A stretch of DNA of 40,000 bases from Aliiglaciecola sp. (GCA_965227085.1 CBDDFO010000002.1:1852126-1892125), one strand, 5' to 3'; shown: positions 27,607 to 36,848, counted from the stretch's first letter. Made by a program: numbers and translations. Notes: generated from the letters alone by a model not told the origin.

Positions 27607-27978
27607 ATGGAAGAATTCGAAGTGAAAATACCTACCGATATCGAAATTGCAGAAGCTCAAGAAAAGCTAGGTTTCACTTTTCCACCCGAATATGTGGCAT
27701 TCATTAAATCTGGATATGATCTAGGGGATGCTCCTCTTGAAGCATTGGAAATCGTCGATCCTCCTAGTTATGCAGACATATATGAAGCTTTGGTGAGTGC
27801 TCGAAAATTTTATGATTTACCTGTTGAGCTTATGCCTATCTGTGAAGACAACTCCGATTACTATTGCATCAATAATCATGGTGAAGTGGTGTTTTGGTCG
27901 CACAATGGAACTACCGATGAAAAGTGGGCAAACGTAACTGTATGGCGTAATCAAATGGTTCTAGAGGCTGGCGAATAA
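27607..27978 (+). CDS. cassette 19: SMI1/KNR4 (SUKH-1) family protein, immunity-protein-like
   Basis: 123 aa. The EAQEKLGFTFPPEYVAFIKSGY...DYYCIN...VVFWSH pattern is typical of SUKH/SMI1-KNR4 domains. Confidence 0.8.
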   Translation: MEEFEVKIPTDIEIAEAQEKLGFTFPPEYVAFIKSGYDLGDAPLEALEIVDPPSYADIYEALVSARKFYDLPVELMPICEDNSDYYCINNHGEVVFWSHNGTTDEKWANVTVWRNQMVLEAGE

Positions 27979-27983
27979 CGTAC

Positions 27984-28086
27984 AACTAACAAGGCCGTTA
28001 AACCATGGACACAAAACAGCAGGCTTGTGCTCCTTCGTCGCCAATTTTAGCCTGCTATTTTGTGCCGTTTACGGCAAGCGTTAAAT
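27984..28086 (+). other. attC site 19
   Basis: R'' AACTAAC ... GCCAATTTTAGCC centre ... R' GTTAAAT. Confidence 0.8.
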
Positions 28087-28102
28087 ACACAAGGACTGTA
28101 TA

Positions 28103-28467
28103 TGAACCGCAATCCTCTCGACGAAGTAATAGATAGACCTATAAAAGCTTCGCCAGAAACTATAGCCGAGCTGTCAGAATTCTTATCCAAATCAAAATTT
28201 CTTGAACTTCCTGGAATTGATAACGAAGATGAGAAAAAGAAGTTATCTGTTTTGCTAGATGGCGTTTTGAATTCACTGATCAATGGGCTTTCAGAAAACC
28301 CGACGAAAAAATGGGTAATGCAGCAATTTTGTTCAGCTTTAGGAGCTGTGGAAGACAGTGATACAGAAGTTCGAGACCATTTCGGAGAATACCTAGAGCT
28401 GATAATGGATATTCTAGAAATTGAAAGTTCTGACGGTGTTTTGGGGTTCTATTTAGGCCATGTCTGA
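28103..28467 (+). CDS. cassette 20: hypothetical cytosolic protein
   Basis: About 121 aa from ATG 28103 (AAGGA upstream), acidic and probably helical. The ORF-track start at 28060 lies inside attC 19. Confidence 0.7.
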
Positions 28468-28476
28468 TAGGATGGT

Positions 28477-28526
28477 ATTTAACAAGAAAATGCATGCGAA
28501 TAAAAGCGCTCGCATTTCCGTTGCTT
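28477..28526 (+). other. attC site 20 (very short, atypical 3' half)
   Basis: R'' ATTTAAC exactly complements the cassette-20 start TTAAAT, which supports a real boundary. Only a 6-bp inner stem (ATGCGA/TCGCAT) is present, and R' is GTTGCTT. Confidence 0.55.
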
Positions 28527-28554
28527 GGGGCGATATGAGTAATCAGGAATCAAT

Positions 28555-28836
28555 GTGATTGATCGTATCAAGACACTAATTGAAGGTAGTTTTTCTGAAG
28601 GTCTAGCAGTTAGCTTAGCTTCCCTAATCTGGAGCATAGACGCTCAGGAACATTGTATTCCAACATCAGATGAGATTAATGAAGGGCTAAAGTGTATTCA
28701 TAAGTATCAGCTTTGTCGTACAGGCGGAGACATCGAAATTCTTCCCTCAGAAGAACCATGTAATGAGCAAGTTTCTGAACTCGACATTAAAAAATCCATG
28801 GAAGTCTATGTATCAGAAATTGGACTAACTAAATAA
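28555..28836 (+). CDS. cassette 21: hypothetical protein
   Basis: 93 aa with a GTG start preceded by AGGA. The stop lies just before an R''-like TCATAAC. Confidence 0.55.
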   Translation: MIDRIKTLIEGSFSEGLAVSLASLIWSIDAQEHCIPTSDEINEGLKCIHKYQLCRTGGDIEILPSEEPCNEQVSELDIKKSMEVYVSEIGLTK

Positions 28837-28837
28837 T

Positions 28838-28898
28838 TCATAACAATCACAGGTAGTCGACGCGAAAAAGGCCAGCGCAACTGCTGCAAGCGTTGAAC
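28838..28898 (+). other. attC site 21 (terminal, uncertain 3' boundary)
   Basis: R'' TCATAAC ... R' GTTGAAC, which fits GTTRRRY perfectly, but inner pairing is weak. An alternative partner for GGTAGTCGAC lies at 28963-28973. Confidence 0.45.
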
Positions 28899-29010
28899 GT
28901 CTGCTGTTTAGTCTGAGCGGTAGTTAGCGGAACTTCTTGTGACTGTCGCCTTCTCGCTCGAAGCCGACCTACCACAATCTGCGGAAACAACAATGATCAA
29001 CCGGCCCTAG

Positions 29011-29991
29011 TTAACGAGATGCCAATTCTTCGTACATCACGACGGCACGATTCATCGCATGCAGCAGTGCAAGGTTCTGATGAGCCAAGACGCTCAAAAA
29101 CTGCTCCTGTAGTGGGGGACTCTTAGCGGTTCCGCACTTGGTAAGTTGCGGGCGAAGTTCTTGATAAAACGTCTCTACTTTAACCAGCTGTTGTTGAATA
29201 GCACGAAAGGAGCTGCCAGTTACCGCTAACTCACTGTCTACATTGGATAATTGTTTTAACACTTGTTCAAAGATTTGTTGGCTTTTAGCCATTTTCTTAC
29301 GATTGATTTCAACGTTATGGCCGGCCTCAATCAACAAACATTCTTTGGTCATTTTCTGGGTCAGCATGCGCTGACGGCCGGCAACATTAATGATCTTCGC
29401 TAGTGGAATATCGGCTCTGTCGGATTGCTGTTCAGCAATCTGCTGGATTCGAGAGACCACTTTTTCCAGTTGTTCGAGCAAGGTATCACTGGTTTGCGCA
29501 ACCAATACGAGGAGCTCTTTGTCAATTGCGCGGTCATGAATCGAGTTAGATAACCTGTTAGAGTATTGTTGCCAAAGGTATTGACTCTTCTGCATGTCCT
29601 TAATCAAGGAGTCATCTTCAATTTTTGGAATTCCCAGTTCATCGCTGCCAAACATCAGCACGTGTTGTGCTTGATTAAACTGGGTGGTGGTGTCTGCCAA
29701 AACGGTCAAGTTTGCTAACGAGTCGCTGTTGAGGGAAATAAACAAGACTTCTTTACTGAGCTTTTGTAGCAGCATTCTTTGGCGGCCTGCCAAATTGACC
29801 ATGGCAGCATAGCCAGTGCTTTGCGTCGCCTCTCGAGCATGGCTTGGTGGGATACAGAGCAAATAGCTAAGACATATCAAAATCGTGCTGCAAAGCAAAG
29901 CCTTAGCCCAATGCAACTGACCTAAGTATTCGATATAACGGCCATTGTTTCTTCCTGAACGGTAGGCCAATTTCACTCTCAGAACCTCCAA
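29011..29991 (-). CDS. periplasmic protein with two PilJ/NarX-type (P-box) sensor repeats
   Basis: Hydrophobic signal/anchor, then two AGRQRML(L/T)QK(L/M)(S/T)KE repeats, typical of the type IV pili MCP N-terminal / NarX sensing module. No output domain. The exact start is uncertain. Confidence 0.7.
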   Translation of the reverse strand: MEVLRVKLAYRSGRNNGRYIEYLGQLHWAKALLCSTILICLSYLLCIPPSHAREATQSTGYAAMVNLAGRQRMLLQKLSKEVLFISLNSDSLANLTVLADTTTQFNQAQHVLMFGSDELGIPKIEDDSLIKDMQKSQYLWQQYSNRLSNSIHDRAIDKELLVLVAQTSDTLLEQLEKVVSRIQQIAEQQSDRADIPLAKIINVAGRQRMLTQKMTKECLLIEAGHNVEINRKKMAKSQQIFEQVLKQLSNVDSELAVTGSSFRAIQQQLVKVETFYQELRPQLTKCGTAKSPPLQEQFLSVLAHQNLALLHAMNRAVVMYEELASR

Positions 29992-30121
29992 TGCAAAAGT
30001 GTCAGACTCGGTAACTTAATCCAACTTGGAGCAGGTGATTCTGCCCCATCGCTATTTAACTAAATAAGACTAGTCGTAGTTGCTATCTTTTGCACCCCAA
30101 GTGACGGCAGAAACTCGGCTT

Positions 30122-31771
30122 TCACTCTTGTTGAGAGAACACCAACTGACCCGCTACCCATGTTTGCAGTACCTGAGTTTTCCAAATTTGTTGTTCTGGT
30201 ATGGCAAAAATATCTTGGTCAAGCAAGATGAAATCAGCCCACTTACCTTCGGTCAAGCCCCCTAATTGCTGTTCCTGATGGGCCGCATAGGCGGCGTCAA
30301 TGGTAAAGCCCTTGAACGCTTGCAACAAAGTTAAAGATTCTTCTGCTCTCCATCCCTCCGGCGGCTGATTATTGCGATCTTGACGGGTCACTGCGGCGTG
30401 GAGTCCGAAGAATGGATTGGCCAGTTCCACGGGAAAGTCGGAACCTAAGGGCAGCGGAGATCCTTGCTTGACAAAACTTTGCCAAGCATAAGCGCCTTTT
30501 AAGCGTTCTTCACCAAGACGATCTTTGGCCATATTCATATCGCTGGTGGCATGGGTTGGCTGCATCGATGGCAAGATACCCAGTTGTTTGAAACGAGGGA
30601 TGTCGCTGATATCGATCACTTGCGCATGCTCCACACGGTGTCGCAGAGACTGTCCGCCAACCCGCTCAAAGCTGGCTGCGAAATTGTCCAATGCTAATCG
30701 GTTTGCCCGGTCTCCGATGGCGTGGTAATTGATCTGAAAACCGCTGGAAATGACTTGATCAAATAATTCCGGCAATTGATCTTCTGGTGTCACCAGTAAT
30801 CCTCTATTGCCCGGCGCGTCATGATAGTCTTCTAACAGAGAAGCGCCTCGAGAGCCCAGAGCACCATCACCATATACTTTAACGCTTCGCACAGACAAAA
30901 AGTCGGCTTTATCGTTTATTTTTCCGGCCTTTAGTACACTGCTTAGGTTGGGATCATAAGAAACGATCATGGCGTAAATACGGACGCTCAACTCGCCTGC
31001 GTTAGCTTGATTGATATAAAACTGATAGTCCTGCTCGCTAATGCCCGCGTCGTGCATGCTGGTAATGCCTAGAGATAGCAAATGTTCACTGGCCACGTCC
31101 AAACTGGCTTTGCGGAAATCATCGTTGGCCTTTGGAATGTGCTGTCCGACCAAGTACATCGCTGTATCGATAAGCACCCCAGTTGGATTGCCTTGAGCAT
31201 CTCGCAAGATTTTGCCACCCGGCGGGTCCAGAGTGTCTGCCGTGATGCCCGCAATCTCCAGTGCTCGACTGTTTGCCCAACCCGCATGACCGTCGATGCG
31301 CTCCAGCCAAACGGGCTTGTTGGCTATGCCTTCATCCATTTGGGTTGCATTTGGAAACTGCTTGTCTGGCCATAAAACCTGATTCCAACCGCCACCCACT
31401 ATCCATTCCAAATCGGTGTGAGCCTTGGCGTATGCAGCCACTTTATCCACGGTGGCTTTAGCGCTGGTAATATCCCGCACGTCCACTTGTAACAGCGATT
31501 GACCCAAACCGAGCATATGACCGTGAGCATCAATCAAACCAGGCAGAAGGGTTTTACCCTGACCGTCAATTTTCGCGGCCTGCGGGTATTGATAAACCAA
31601 ATGATCGTCACCGATGGCGAGTACCCGTCCGTTCTCAAAAGCCATCTGGCTGAACTGAATCAAGGCACCTTCATTATTCAAGGTGTAGCCTTTCACATTG
31701 GTCATCAGCTTGACCTGAGCCATGACTGGAAAATGAATGACCGCTAGGATTAGTAATAGCAAGGTGCGCAT
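30122..31771 (-). CDS. amidohydrolase-family metal-dependent hydrolase (secreted)
   Basis: Signal peptide from ATG 31771 (MRTLLLLILAVIHFPVMA, AAGGA Shine-Dalgarno). LIDAHGHMLGLG metal motif and an amidohydrolase_3-like length. Confidence 0.85.
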   Translation of the reverse strand: MRTLLLLILAVIHFPVMAQVKLMTNVKGYTLNNEGALIQFSQMAFENGRVLAIGDDHLVYQYPQAAKIDGQGKTLLPGLIDAHGHMLGLGQSLLQVDVRDITSAKATVDKVAAYAKAHTDLEWIVGGGWNQVLWPDKQFPNATQMDEGIANKPVWLERIDGHAGWANSRALEIAGITADTLDPPGGKILRDAQGNPTGVLIDTAMYLVGQHIPKANDDFRKASLDVASEHLLSLGITSMHDAGISEQDYQFYINQANAGELSVRIYAMIVSYDPNLSSVLKAGKINDKADFLSVRSVKVYGDGALGSRGASLLEDYHDAPGNRGLLVTPEDQLPELFDQVISSGFQINYHAIGDRANRLALDNFAASFERVGGQSLRHRVEHAQVIDISDIPRFKQLGILPSMQPTHATSDMNMAKDRLGEERLKGAYAWQSFVKQGSPLPLGSDFPVELANPFFGLHAAVTRQDRNNQPPEGWRAEESLTLLQAFKGFTIDAAYAAHQEQQLGGLTEGKWADFILLDQDIFAIPEQQIWKTQVLQTWVAGQLVFSQQE

Positions 31772-31784
31772 GTCTAGTTCCTTT

Positions 31785-32801
31785 TTAAGTTTGGGACGCA
31801 ATCGATGGAATCATGTCCAGTTGGTTTGAAGCCCATAGTCGTCCCATCATGGTGTGATCGATGTTACCGCCGCTGAGCAGCACAACCACTTTTTGATCAC
31901 GAGGTTGAGTGGCTAACCACTGTACCACAGCTTCCATGGTCATGGCGCAAGTGGGTTCGATGTGAAGCTTCAATAGATGTTGTAACCATTGAGCCCAATA
32001 TAAAATTCGCGGCTCTTCTACCTCATAAAGGGCATCCAATTGCTTTAAGAATCCGAAGGTATGTTGTCCTACACTGGGCGTCGCTGCCCCGTCTGCTAAG
32101 GTGATAGGCGGTTTTGGTAGCGGAACGATTTTACCTTGTCGCAGTGATTCTGCTGCATCATTTGCCGCTAATGGTTCGGCACCAATGACTTTGGCATTGG
32201 GCATCAAAGCCCTTGCGGTAATTATGGTGCCTGACAGTAAACCGCCACCTCCACAAGGCGCGAATACCGCGTCTACCTCGCCGGTTTGATCAAGCGTATC
32301 CAACAACAAGGTGCCTTGTCCGGCGATGACATCAGGATGGTCGAAAGGAGGGATCCACAGGGTCCCAGGTTCGTCAGCGGCTTTTTGCACCGCTTTATCT
32401 GCTTCGAGACGGGTTTCAAACAAAGCCAATTTAGCGCCATAGTATTGGGTCGCTGCGGCTTTGACTTTTGAAACAGACTGGGTGCTGTAAATAGTTGCTG
32501 GCAGAGAATACAAATGGCTCGCGTAGGCCACAGCTTGAGCGTGATTGCCTGAACTATTGGCCACAACCCGTTGAGGAAGTTGGTTTGCTTCGGCTAATTT
32601 GGCTAAAGTATTGATTGCTCCTCGAACTTTAAATGCTCCCGTTTTTTGTAAACATTCAGCTTTAAACAGAATGCGGCTGCCTAACCATTGATTTAATAAC
32701 TGGGATTCAAAAATCGGCGTTTGTCGAACCTTAGAGGCAATGCGTTTACGTGCTAACTGGATATCTTTAAATTCAATCATATGGAATTGGTTTTCAAACA
32801 T
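31785..32801 (-). CDS. PLP-dependent threonine/serine dehydratase-family enzyme
   Basis: PLP-lysine motif KTGAFKVRGA and glycine loop CGGGGLLSG. Start uncertain (32801, 32780 or 32849). Confidence 0.85.
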   Translation of the reverse strand: MFENQFHMIEFKDIQLARKRIASKVRQTPIFESQLLNQWLGSRILFKAECLQKTGAFKVRGAINTLAKLAEANQLPQRVVANSSGNHAQAVAYASHLYSLPATIYSTQSVSKVKAAATQYYGAKLALFETRLEADKAVQKAADEPGTLWIPPFDHPDVIAGQGTLLLDTLDQTGEVDAVFAPCGGGGLLSGTIITARALMPNAKVIGAEPLAANDAAESLRQGKIVPLPKPPITLADGAATPSVGQHTFGFLKQLDALYEVEEPRILYWAQWLQHLLKLHIEPTCAMTMEAVVQWLATQPRDQKVVVLLSGGNIDHTMMGRLWASNQLDMIPSIASQT

Positions 32802-32960
32802 CTTAATGGTGGTAAGTGCACAGTATGGCCAAAATCCATCGCTGTGCACAGTTGAATCGTGTGATGTCCTTCTGGTAACGGTTCTTCGATGTTTGAGGCT
32901 GGCTGTAGAGCGCTATTATTGCTAAAGTCGGCTAGGTCTGGAACCGCAAAGCAAAATACT

Positions 32961-34709
32961 ATGCACAAAATTAGCTCAATGATTTTTCTTGTTTTTTTAC
33001 TCCTTGGTTGCTCACAACCGGAAACCAAAACATCCTCAGCCAGTGATGCTTTACAAGCCGTGTTACAAGAGCATTGGCAAAACGCCAATCAGGAGCAAAT
33101 TTTCTTCCGCAAAGATCCTGATACGTTTCGGATGAAGGGACATTTGCCGGACATGTCCGAACAAGGTCGCCAGAGAAGAGCACAGTTTAACCAACTCATG
33201 TTAGACAAGCTGTCAAAAATCGATTGGAAAACGTTATCTGCCGAAGATCAACTTACCTATCGTCTGTTTCAATACGAACGGCAAGCCGAAGCCAAGTTTT
33301 ATCGACAGCCTGAGCATTTGTTTCCGATGAACTACTACGCCGGATACCACACCTATTTTGCCGGAGCGCCAGACAACATGTCGTTCTTGACGGAACAGGA
33401 TTACCGAAACTATCTAATCAGTTTGGCGGACTTTCCCCGCTACAATCAACAACACCTTGAAAGCCTTACCGAGGCTATCGAAAGGGGCTACACCCATTAT
33501 TGCGAGAGTTTTTCTCAATATCATAAAACCATTAGCAAACATGCTGTTGAGCTTCCTGACCAATCGGTGTTGTTTGCCCCTTTCATGGATATGCCAGAGA
33601 GTTTTTCCAGTGAACTGAAAGAAGAGTTGAGGGACAAGGGGGCTGAAATTATTGCCCGGGACGTTCTACCCGAGTATGCCAAGCTGTATGTGTTTTTTAC
33701 CGAGCAATATATGCCAAATTGTCGTCAACAGGCAGGAATCGGCAGCTTAGAAGGTGGGAACGAGTATTATCAATATTTGATTGAATACTACACGACAACG
33801 TCGATGACGGCTGCCGAGATTCATCAATTGGGTCTGGATGAAGTGGCCCGTATTCGCAGTGAAATGCAAGGTATTATTGAACAATTGGGCTTTACCGGGA
33901 GTTTCGAGGACTTTGTAGCGTTTTTACGAGTAGATCCGCGATTTTACGCAAAAACCGCTCAAGAATTGTTTGAAAAAGCCAGCTACTTAACTCGAAAGAT
34001 GGCCGGACAACTTCCCAAATGGTTCAAGACCCTGCCGCGGATTCCCTTTGATATTAAATCCAGTCCAACGGGGGGGGCGTACTATGTGGCATCGGACGGT
34101 TCCGGCACAACATCAGGAACCTATTTTTTGGATACACAAGATCTCCGCTCTCAACCCCTTTACAACCTCGAAGCGCTAACCTATCACGAGGCAGAACCGG
34201 GACATCATTTTCAGTCCGCTTTAGCGCAGGAACAATCGATGCCTGAGTTTCGTAAAACCCTTTATCATTCTGCTTATGGAGAAGGGTGGGGACTATATTC
34301 AGAGAGTCTCGGCAAAGAAATGGGTTTTTATCAAGATCCATACAGTGACTTTGGCCGACTGACCTATGAGGCGTGGCGTGCTTGCCGACTGGTGGTGGAT
34401 ACCGGTATTCATGCGATGGGCTGGAGTCGCCAGCAAGCCATAGATTACTTGGCTGCGAATACGGCATTGACCTTGCCCGAAGTAGAAGGGCAGATTGACC
34501 GGTATATTTCGTGGCCCGCTCAAGCGCTGTCCTACAAGGTCGGCGAATTGAAAATTCAGGCATTGAAACAACAAGCGAAACAACGTTTGCAAGGACAATT
34601 CGATATACGAGAATTCCACGAACAAATACTCAAAAATGGCAGTTTACCGTTGGCTCTACTAGAGGAACTTACCTTGGAGTGGATAGCCGCGTCGCAACCG
34701 GAGTCATGA
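32961..34709 (+). CDS. DUF885-family lipoprotein
   Basis: Lipobox (FLLLGC) after ATG 32961 and the DUF885 hallmark HEAEPGHHFQ. The ORF-track start at 32889 is probably too far upstream. Confidence 0.85.
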   Translation: MHKISSMIFLVFLLLGCSQPETKTSSASDALQAVLQEHWQNANQEQIFFRKDPDTFRMKGHLPDMSEQGRQRRAQFNQLMLDKLSKIDWKTLSAEDQLTYRLFQYERQAEAKFYRQPEHLFPMNYYAGYHTYFAGAPDNMSFLTEQDYRNYLISLADFPRYNQQHLESLTEAIERGYTHYCESFSQYHKTISKHAVELPDQSVLFAPFMDMPESFSSELKEELRDKGAEIIARDVLPEYAKLYVFFTEQYMPNCRQQAGIGSLEGGNEYYQYLIEYYTTTSMTAAEIHQLGLDEVARIRSEMQGIIEQLGFTGSFEDFVAFLRVDPRFYAKTAQELFEKASYLTRKMAGQLPKWFKTLPRIPFDIKSSPTGGAYYVASDGSGTTSGTYFLDTQDLRSQPLYNLEALTYHEAEPGHHFQSALAQEQSMPEFRKTLYHSAYGEGWGLYSESLGKEMGFYQDPYSDFGRLTYEAWRACRLVVDTGIHAMGWSRQQAIDYLAANTALTLPEVEGQIDRYISWPAQALSYKVGELKIQALKQQAKQRLQGQFDIREFHEQILKNGSLPLALLEELTLEWIAASQPES

Positions 34710-34821
34710 GTTGTTTTGTATCGATAAGGTTGGTCTTCACTGGCCTTTTTGCTGATATCTCTTATTCTAAAGAAGAGCAAAGGCATCCAGACAATTTTGT
34801 ACATTTCGCAGAGGAGGCATT

Positions 34822-35196
34822 ATGGGATTGTTAGATAAAATTATGGGTAACGCATCAGAGATTGATGTGAGCGATATTCGCGAGGAGCTTGCGCCTATCA
34901 TCGGTGAAAATGAATCGATTGAGCGGGTATTTAAAGAAATTAGGGATCTGTATGTGTTTACCAGTCGACGTCTTATTTTGATTGATAAGCAGGGTTTAAC
35001 TGGAAAAAAGGTGGACTACCACTCCATTCCCTATCGTGCTATTACCCAATTCAAAGTAGAAACGGCGGGACATTTTGATTTGGACGCAGAAATCAAAATT
35101 TGGATTTCAGGGCACGATACGCCCATTGAAAAAGAACTAAATAAGAATACTGCCGTAGGAGTGCAAAAAACCCTCGCAGACTTTATGTTCGGATAG
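34822..35196 (+). CDS. bacterial PH-domain (YokE-like) protein
   Basis: 124 aa. The MGLLDKIMGNASE...FTSRRLILIDKQGLTGKKVDYHSIPYRAI pattern is typical of bacterial pleckstrin-homology domain proteins. Confidence 0.75.
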   Translation: MGLLDKIMGNASEIDVSDIREELAPIIGENESIERVFKEIRDLYVFTSRRLILIDKQGLTGKKVDYHSIPYRAITQFKVETAGHFDLDAEIKIWISGHDTPIEKELNKNTAVGVQKTLADFMFG

Positions 35197-35205
35197 AATA
35201 TCGTT

Positions 35206-35250
35206 GCAATATGTCATCACAGAACCCCATTTTTGTGATGACACAATTGC
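35206..35250 (+). terminator. long hairpin downstream of the PH-domain gene
   Basis: GCAATATGTCATCACA / TGTGATGACACAATTGC (~16-bp stem with one bulge, 12-nt loop). No trailing T-run, so the terminator role is tentative. Confidence 0.45.
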
Positions 35251-35343
35251 AGCAAATGCACACTAAAATCAGATTAAGTGTGAATTAAACTATGTACTTC
35301 TTAGCAGGAAGCAAAATCACAATCCAGTGACGGAGACCACAGT

Positions 35344-35982
35344 ATGAATAGTAAGAAAAGCGCATTAGTGCTTGGTGCAACGGGCTTGGTGGGCCAGCAA
35401 CTGATTCATCTGCTGCTCAAGGATGGGCGCTACTCAAAAATAACGGCTTTAGTTCGGCAACCGATACCAGACGTATTCGACCCTGACAACAAGCTGCAGT
35501 GCGTGCGCCTTGAAAACACCCAAGAGCAAGACCCGTGGCAGGCCTATTTACCGAATTTTCAAGTCAATCATGTGTATGTATGTTTAGGAACCACTATCAA
35601 GAAAGCGGGGAGTCAGCAGGCGTTTCGTCATGTTGATTATGAATTAATAGTCCGTGCAGCCCACGCAGCCGCCAGCCAATCGGTAGACAGCTTTGTGTAT
35701 ATTTCCTCAGTGGATGCTAACCCAAGCAGTTCTAATTTTTACTTGCGAGTAAAGGGTCAGACGGAGCAGGCAATCAGTGCAATACCCACTTTGCATCACG
35801 CTGTTCCAGTAAGACCCTCTTTATTAATCGGACAGCGCAATGAGACCCGTTTGGCAGAGCAAATTGGTATTGGGCTTGCTCGGTTCTTTTCACCGTTGCT
35901 GTTGGGCAGTTTGAAGAAGTATCGCCCTGTACATGCCGTAGAAGTGGCTCAGCAAATGATTTCTCTGCAAAAATTCAAATAA
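35344..35982 (+). CDS. NAD(P)H-binding (atypical SDR-like) protein
   Basis: Rossmann motif VLGATGLVGQQL at the N-terminus. 212 aa. Confidence 0.8.
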   Translation: MNSKKSALVLGATGLVGQQLIHLLLKDGRYSKITALVRQPIPDVFDPDNKLQCVRLENTQEQDPWQAYLPNFQVNHVYVCLGTTIKKAGSQQAFRHVDYELIVRAAHAAASQSVDSFVYISSVDANPSSSNFYLRVKGQTEQAISAIPTLHHAVPVRPSLLIGQRNETRLAEQIGIGLARFFSPLLLGSLKKYRPVHAVEVAQQMISLQKFK

Positions 35983-36731
35983 TGGCACAGTTTCGTTGTA
36001 AACAATTTACCGTCAGTGATGACGATTGTGGGATGAAAATTGGCACTGATAGTTTACTGTTGGGCAGTTATGTTGAACCTGGCACGGCCAAAACCATCTT
36101 AGACATTGGTTGTGGATGCGGAATATTGAGTTTGATGATGGCGCAAAAAGCGCGAGAGGATGCGCAGATCCTAGCCGTAGACATTGACGGGATCGCTTTG
36201 CATCGAGCACGCCTCAATGCTCAGTCCAGCCCTTGGCCGCAAAAGATGAAATTTGTGCATACACCGATTCAAGATTTCCCTACCTGCGACAAAATAGATT
36301 TAGTGATCAGTAATCCCCCTTATTTCGCACCTCAACCGGGTGCTCTGCAGCCGCAGCATCACAGTCACATGAGTCCTCAACGACGAGTTGCCCGACACAC
36401 CCAAAGCTTGGATTTTGAGACGCTTATACGCGTCACAGCGCAACTTCTTAGCCCCGTCGGTCGCTTCTACTGCATCGTTCCCCACTTCGGTAGCTTTGGG
36501 AGCGATGAAACGGTTCACCCTTTAGAAATCTTCGCCCAACAGCAGGGATTGCAGCGAATTGCTAACCTTGAAATCAGAGAACGAGACACTCTGCCTTTTT
36601 CCCGGCAAATATTCGGGTTCTCAGCAATTGGAGTAAAGCACAGTCGTCAAGCCCTGACGATTCGTTCGCCATCCGGTGATTACAGTGCCGAATTCAAAGC
36701 CTTATGTCAGGCTTTTTATTTGCGCTTCTGA
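35982..36731 (+). CDS. yfiC: tRNA1(Val) (adenine37-N6)-methyltransferase
   Basis: FRCKQFTVSDDDCGMKIGTDSLLLG N-terminus, SAM motif DIGCGCG and catalytic NPPYF. Confidence 0.85.
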   Translation: MAQFRCKQFTVSDDDCGMKIGTDSLLLGSYVEPGTAKTILDIGCGCGILSLMMAQKAREDAQILAVDIDGIALHRARLNAQSSPWPQKMKFVHTPIQDFPTCDKIDLVISNPPYFAPQPGALQPQHHSHMSPQRRVARHTQSLDFETLIRVTAQLLSPVGRFYCIVPHFGSFGSDETVHPLEIFAQQQGLQRIANLEIRERDTLPFSRQIFGFSAIGVKHSRQALTIRSPSGDYSAEFKALCQAFYLRF

Positions 36732-36848
36732 GTCAATCCGCCAGCGAAAATTTTTTGTCCGCTATTTGCACTTTCAAAATTGTTGCTATAGTTAAAGTTA
36801 GATGCAATTGCTCGGCCGCGTGTCCTGAGGCCGCCTGCGAGGTGATGT

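Larger units (their letters stand above)
16254..28898. mobile_element. chromosomal integron (intI, attI region, ~21-cassette array)
   Basis: intI is divergent from a unidirectional array of short ORFs, each followed by an RYYYAAC...GTTRRRY imperfect dyad. In cassettes 2-20 the first 6 nt are the exact reverse complement of the cassette's own R'' box. Confidence 0.88.

Noticed and set aside
28081-28892. Cassettes 20 and 21 as one two-gene cassette (possible toxin-antitoxin-like pair)
   Set aside because: The intervening site is short and atypical. However, its R'' ATTTAAC is the exact reverse complement of the cassette-20 start (G)TTAAAT. This is the same rule obeyed by 18 other cassettes, so a real boundary at 28520 is more likely.
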